Shown here piece by piece: positions 28,601-32,000 of a stretch of 32,000 nt of DNA (position 1 is its first letter; each line of letters begins with the position of its first letter). The stretch covers positions 1 to 32,000 of the forward strand of contig DAVZ01000019.1 in NCBI GenBank assembly GCA_002505765.1, written 5' to 3'. The stretch is from Methanobacterium sp. UBA176. GTDB taxonomy: Archaea; Methanobacteriota; Methanobacteria; Methanobacteriales; Methanobacteriaceae. A program made the position numbers and the translations under genes. Below the pieces are notes generated by a model. The model had not been told where the DNA came from. It was given only the letters and a program-made list of their open reading frames with translations, and ran no database searches.

Positions 28601-28828
28601 TCATTTTTTCATTTCACTATGTTCTTTTTCAACCCTTTCTGTATAGTCTACTTTTTCAATGTTCTGCAGAGGTATTATTACTTTTTTAGTGCCATCCTCC
28701 TTGGGTGCGTATATTATTTCAATTAATCCTTTCTCTTCGTCTATTTCGATTCTTTCGACTCCAAATTCTCCTCTTTTAAAATTGTGGACATTTTCATTAA
28801 TTAGACTGACTTCAAGTTTTTCTATCAT
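28601..28828 (-). CDS. Hypothetical 75-aa protein
   Basis: The ORF shows normal coding-like composition, but I recognise no motif. Confidence 0.4.
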   Translation of the reverse strand: MIEKLEVSLINENVHNFKRGEFGVERIEIDEEKGLIEIIYAPKEDGTKKVIIPLQNIEKVDYTERVEKEHSEMKK

Positions 28829-29102
28829 GCTACCACACCCTTTATATATGTTGATTATTATTCAAATAATTTTTTGAATAATTTAAAAATAGATATTAAC
28901 AATAAAATTTTGTAGAATCTATTTTATAAAGTTAAATACATTTTAAAGTCAAAATGAATAAATGAAAAGGTATTTTTACATAAATAATGCAATTTAAAAG
29001 TTTTTCAATTATTAAATTATAAATCATCCAATTAATTTATTTATTTTCATGCAAATATATTCAATCAAATCATTCAATTTATTTAAATTAGAGGTTATAA
29101 AG

Positions 29103-29690
29103 ATGGCAGATAAATCCAAGCATTTCCATCACGGAAGATCAAGTAGAGATATTTTAGATGCAGAATTTGTTTTAGAATCTATAGGGCTTAAAAAAGGAGA
29201 TAACTTTTTAGATGCAGGGTCTGGTGACGGATACATGTCAATTGCTGCCTCTAAAATCGTTGGAGATAGGGGAAAGGTCTTTGCAGTTGACATATGGGAA
29301 GAATCAATGAATATTCTTAAAAAGGAGATTCAAGAAAAGAAAATTAACAATATTATGGCAATTATTGCCGATATAAGCGACAAAATCCCTGTAGAAAATG
29401 AATCTATAGATTTATGTTATATGGGTAATGTATTACATGGATTTGTACAAAATGAGGATTATAATGAAGTAATGAAAGAAATTGGTCGAATATTAAAAAA
29501 AGAAGGAATTTTTGCGGTTATAGAATTTATAAAAAGAGAAAATACTCCCGGCCCACCAATTCATGTTAGAATAACACCAGAAGTAGTTGAAAAAATTGTT
29601 TCAAATCATGGATTTGAGGTTAAAAAGGTAATTGAAGCAGGTAAATATCACTATGGCGTTATATCCTTTAAAAAAAATAAGACTGTTTAA
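29103..29690 (+). CDS. Class I SAM-dependent methyltransferase (substrate unknown)
   Basis: It has the motif I sequence FLDAGSGDGYMS. The ATG at 29103 has GAGGT 9 nt upstream. Confidence 0.75.
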   Translation: MADKSKHFHHGRSSRDILDAEFVLESIGLKKGDNFLDAGSGDGYMSIAASKIVGDRGKVFAVDIWEESMNILKKEIQEKKINNIMAIIADISDKIPVENESIDLCYMGNVLHGFVQNEDYNEVMKEIGRILKKEGIFAVIEFIKRENTPGPPIHVRITPEVVEKIVSNHGFEVKKVIEAGKYHYGVISFKKNKTV

Positions 29691-29726
29691 TTTTATAGTT
29701 AAGCGAAAAAGATTTTAGACTAATAA

Positions 29727-29870
29727 TTCAATGAAAGCCTGTAAAAAAAAACATCGTTTAAGCGCATCATAAATTCAAAGAATTTTGAAAGCTCCAGGAA
29801 TTGGATCTAATCCACTTTATCTGGTATAATCTGATAATCATAACTTTAATTATCTATGCACATGACTATA
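29727..29870 (-). repeat. Copy B of the ~143-bp intergenic element, inverted relative to copy A
   Basis: Its reverse complement aligns with 4374-4516 with about 8 substitutions and 1-2 single-base indels. The A9 run at 29744-29752 corresponds to the T-run of copy A. Confidence 0.85.
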
Positions 29871-29997
29871 TTATAAATTACTGTCTTAAAATGTAATATA
29901 GTATGGTTAAAGATAATTGGAGTAAAATTCAGATTATTAACTTTAATATTTAAAGATAGAATGATCTGATGTAATTTATTTTTATTAGGGTGGTTAA

Positions 29998-30522
29998 ATG
30001 AAAAGTAAAAGTATGGAAAGACATAAAAAAGAAGCACCTAAATCTGTCATAGGGGCGGTTGTTACGCTAAGTGATTCAAAATATAAGGATTTTCTTAATT
30101 TTAAAAACAATGATCCTTCTGGAAGTATTATAAAGGAAGCATTAAGAGAAAGTAATGAAGTGGTATTTTATTCTGTGATACCTGATGATGCAAAACTTCT
30201 TCTTTCTATGATTGATTATATAATTGAGAGTTTTAATGTGGATATAGTTATAACAACGGGTGGAACAGGAATTGGGCCAAGAGACATAACTATAGAAACT
30301 TTAAAAGGCGTGTTTGATAAAGAATTAATCGGATTTGGAGAAATATTTAGATATGAATCTTATCTAGAACTTGGCACAGGTGCAATTTTAAGCAGAGCAT
30401 CTGCAGGGGTCTACAAACAAAAATTAATAATTTCCCTTCCTGGATCTCCAAACGCGGTAAATCTCGGTTTAAAGATCATTTTACCTGAATTGGGACACAT
30501 TGTGAAACATTTAAAAGAATGA
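29998..30522 (+). CDS. moaB: Molybdenum cofactor biosynthesis protein B (MoaB/MogA family)
   Basis: It carries the [13 protein letters not shown] signature and has GGGTGG upstream of the ATG. Confidence 0.85.
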   Translation: MKSKSMERHKKEAPKSVIGAVVTLSDSKYKDFLNFKNNDPSGSIIKEALRESNEVVFYSVIPDDAKLLLSMIDYIIESFNVDIVITTGGTGIGPRDITIETLKGVFDKELIGFGEIFRYESYLELGTGAILSRASAGVYKQKLIISLPGSPNAVNLGLKIILPELGHIVKHLKE

Positions 30523-30727
30523 AAACTTGCAATATCATACTTAAATGATTTTTAATTATTTTTTAGCCATTAAATCGTAATATTAATCATATTTTAAAAT
30601 TAAATAATATAAATATCAGGAATAAGACCTTTTTACACTTAAATGTATTATCTTATGAAAAATTAGCATTAAATAAATTTATATATTAAGATGGGTTATA
30701 ATATATCATGTTAAAGGTGGTGAGTTT

Positions 30728-31357
30728 TTGAAAAAAGTATTAATTTTTTTTCTTATAGCAGTAGCAATTGCTATGATATTACCATCTTTTGCCGATCAAG
30801 TATCAAAGACATTGAAAGATAAAGATAGCTCTGATGCAAGTACTGGTTTTAACCCTAGAAATTTCCATGATTTTAATAATACATTTAATGCTACTTCAAA
30901 TGAAAAAAGTACAGTTTATGCGAGTAATGGACTAACATCTGCTCAGATCCAGAAGTTAAAAGATACTCAAAATAAATTAGTAGCGTTAATTGATAAAATA
31001 AGAGGCTTAAAAACGAAATATGCCAATATAAAATCTAAAGGCATCTTAAATGCTTTAGATCAATTTGAAAAACAGGCTAATCAATTAAATAACGAAATAA
31101 GTGCTTTTATACAAAATCCAACTGTAAGTGATGGTAGTGTAGAAGGAAAAATCAATAGTTTCGTAAAAAGAGAAGCAGCTCTTGAACATAAGGTAATGAT
31201 CAAAGAAGAATTACTCATAAAAATGAGTACAAAACAAGTTAAAAACAACAGTCAAGTTGAGAACAGTAGCAATGATAAAAATGTAATTAATCAAAAAATG
31301 ACAAAAAATAACAAAAAAAATAAAGAGAATAAAAAGAATAAAAAAACTAATAAATAA
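30728..31357 (+). CDS. Secreted coiled-coil protein with a Lys/Asn-rich tail
   Basis: It uses a TTG start with AGGTGGTGA upstream. It has a signal peptide (KKVLIFFLIAVAIAMILPSFA) and the tail KNNKKNKENKKNKKTNK. Confidence 0.6.
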   Translation: MKKVLIFFLIAVAIAMILPSFADQVSKTLKDKDSSDASTGFNPRNFHDFNNTFNATSNEKSTVYASNGLTSAQIQKLKDTQNKLVALIDKIRGLKTKYANIKSKGILNALDQFEKQANQLNNEISAFIQNPTVSDGSVEGKINSFVKREAALEHKVMIKEELLIKMSTKQVKNNSQVENSSNDKNVINQKMTKNNKKNKENKKNKKTNK

Positions 31358-31365
31358 TAGTTCTT

Positions 31366-31896
31366 TTATGTTTTAAAGTCATTTATTGATAATACAGCAT
31401 CTAATTCTATCCCTTCATTATTTAAATTTTCTATAGCTCCTTCAGCCCTATCAACAACTACAACAGCTCTTTTAACATTTCCCCCATTTTTTTCGAGGGC
31501 TTTAATAGCCTTGATCAGTGAATTTCCCGTGGTAGTTACATCTTCCACAACCAGTACTGAATCTCCTTCTAAAAGATTGCCCTCTATAAGTTCTGAGGTT
31601 CCATAACCTTTTTTAGATTTCCTGATCATGAGCATTGGAAGTAAAGATTCAAGAGAAATTGCAGTTACTATTGGAATTGCCCCTAAGGCTGGACCTGCAA
31701 CTTTATCAATTTCATTTCTATTAATTTGACTTGAAATGATTTTAGCTATGGATTTAAGTATCTGGGGGTCTGTAACGGCCATTTTCATATTTACGTAGTA
31801 GTCACTTTTTTTACCTGATGAAAGGGTAAATTCACCGAATTCAACCACTTTTTTTTCATTCAAAAGCCTGATAAGTTCTTTTTTTCCAGATTCCAT
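31366..31896 (-). CDS. pyrE: Orotate phosphoribosyltransferase
   Basis: It has the PRPP-binding motif VLVVEDVTTTGNS. Its 176-aa size is typical of archaeal PyrE. Confidence 0.9.
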   Translation of the reverse strand: MESGKKELIRLLNEKKVVEFGEFTLSSGKKSDYYVNMKMAVTDPQILKSIAKIISSQINRNEIDKVAGPALGAIPIVTAISLESLLPMLMIRKSKKGYGTSELIEGNLLEGDSVLVVEDVTTTGNSLIKAIKALEKNGGNVKRAVVVVDRAEGAIENLNNEGIELDAVLSINDFKT

Positions 31897-32000
31897 TTAG
31901 ATCACTTAATTGTTGAATTCTATGTAGTTAAAGTATTTATTTCATTATTTTTCCAGGATATTTTGCGCACGGTTTACATAGACGTTTTGTGGCGTCGTAG

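Noticed and set aside
28601-28828. 75-aa ORF as the restriction endonuclease partner of the Dam-family methyltransferase
   Set aside because: It is far too small for known GATC-type endonucleases and has no nuclease motif (no PD-(D/E)xK or HNH pattern seen).

Overview
This is an AT-rich archaeal chromosome segment, most likely from a Methanobacterium-like (Methanobacteriales) methanogen. No rRNA or tRNA gene, transposase or integrase was recognised.

**Layout**
- 402-2208: hdrCB on the minus strand. HdrC carries an unusual acidic N-terminal extension.
- 3037-5515: housekeeping genes, namely a CDP-alcohol phosphatidyltransferase, a TGT-like protein and archaeal Nob1.
- 5595-14144: a tightly coupled ten-gene plus-strand operon. 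It holds methanogenesis-marker-type proteins (PurM-like, UPF0288-like, three small proteins, an ASKHA ATPase, a 182-aa protein), then a NifB-type radical SAM enzyme and an MtnA-like isomerase.
- 14247-15629: a convergent Mur-ligase-family gene.
- 15630-16741: a 1.1 kb ORF-free gap containing two 30-bp repeats.
- 16742-24866: a visibly more G+C-rich block of bacterial-type genes, all on the minus strand. It includes hydrolases, an AlkZ/YcaQ-like protein, an SRPBCC array, a VOC protein, a DUF1697-like protein and two frameshifted pseudogenes.
- 25099-31896: native genes again, namely trm5, dphB, a Dam-family methyltransferase, moaB and pyrE.

**Main points of interest**
- The marker/NifB operon is a candidate metallocluster or cofactor maturation system.
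- A ~143-bp intergenic element occurs twice in inverted orientation, 25 kb apart. It has a promoter-like AT-rich stretch just upstream of it, an internal terminator-like T-run and predicted hairpins.
- The G+C-rich block looks like a decaying horizontally acquired island.

All coordinates and motifs were read by eye from the sequence and the ORF track. No searches were run.
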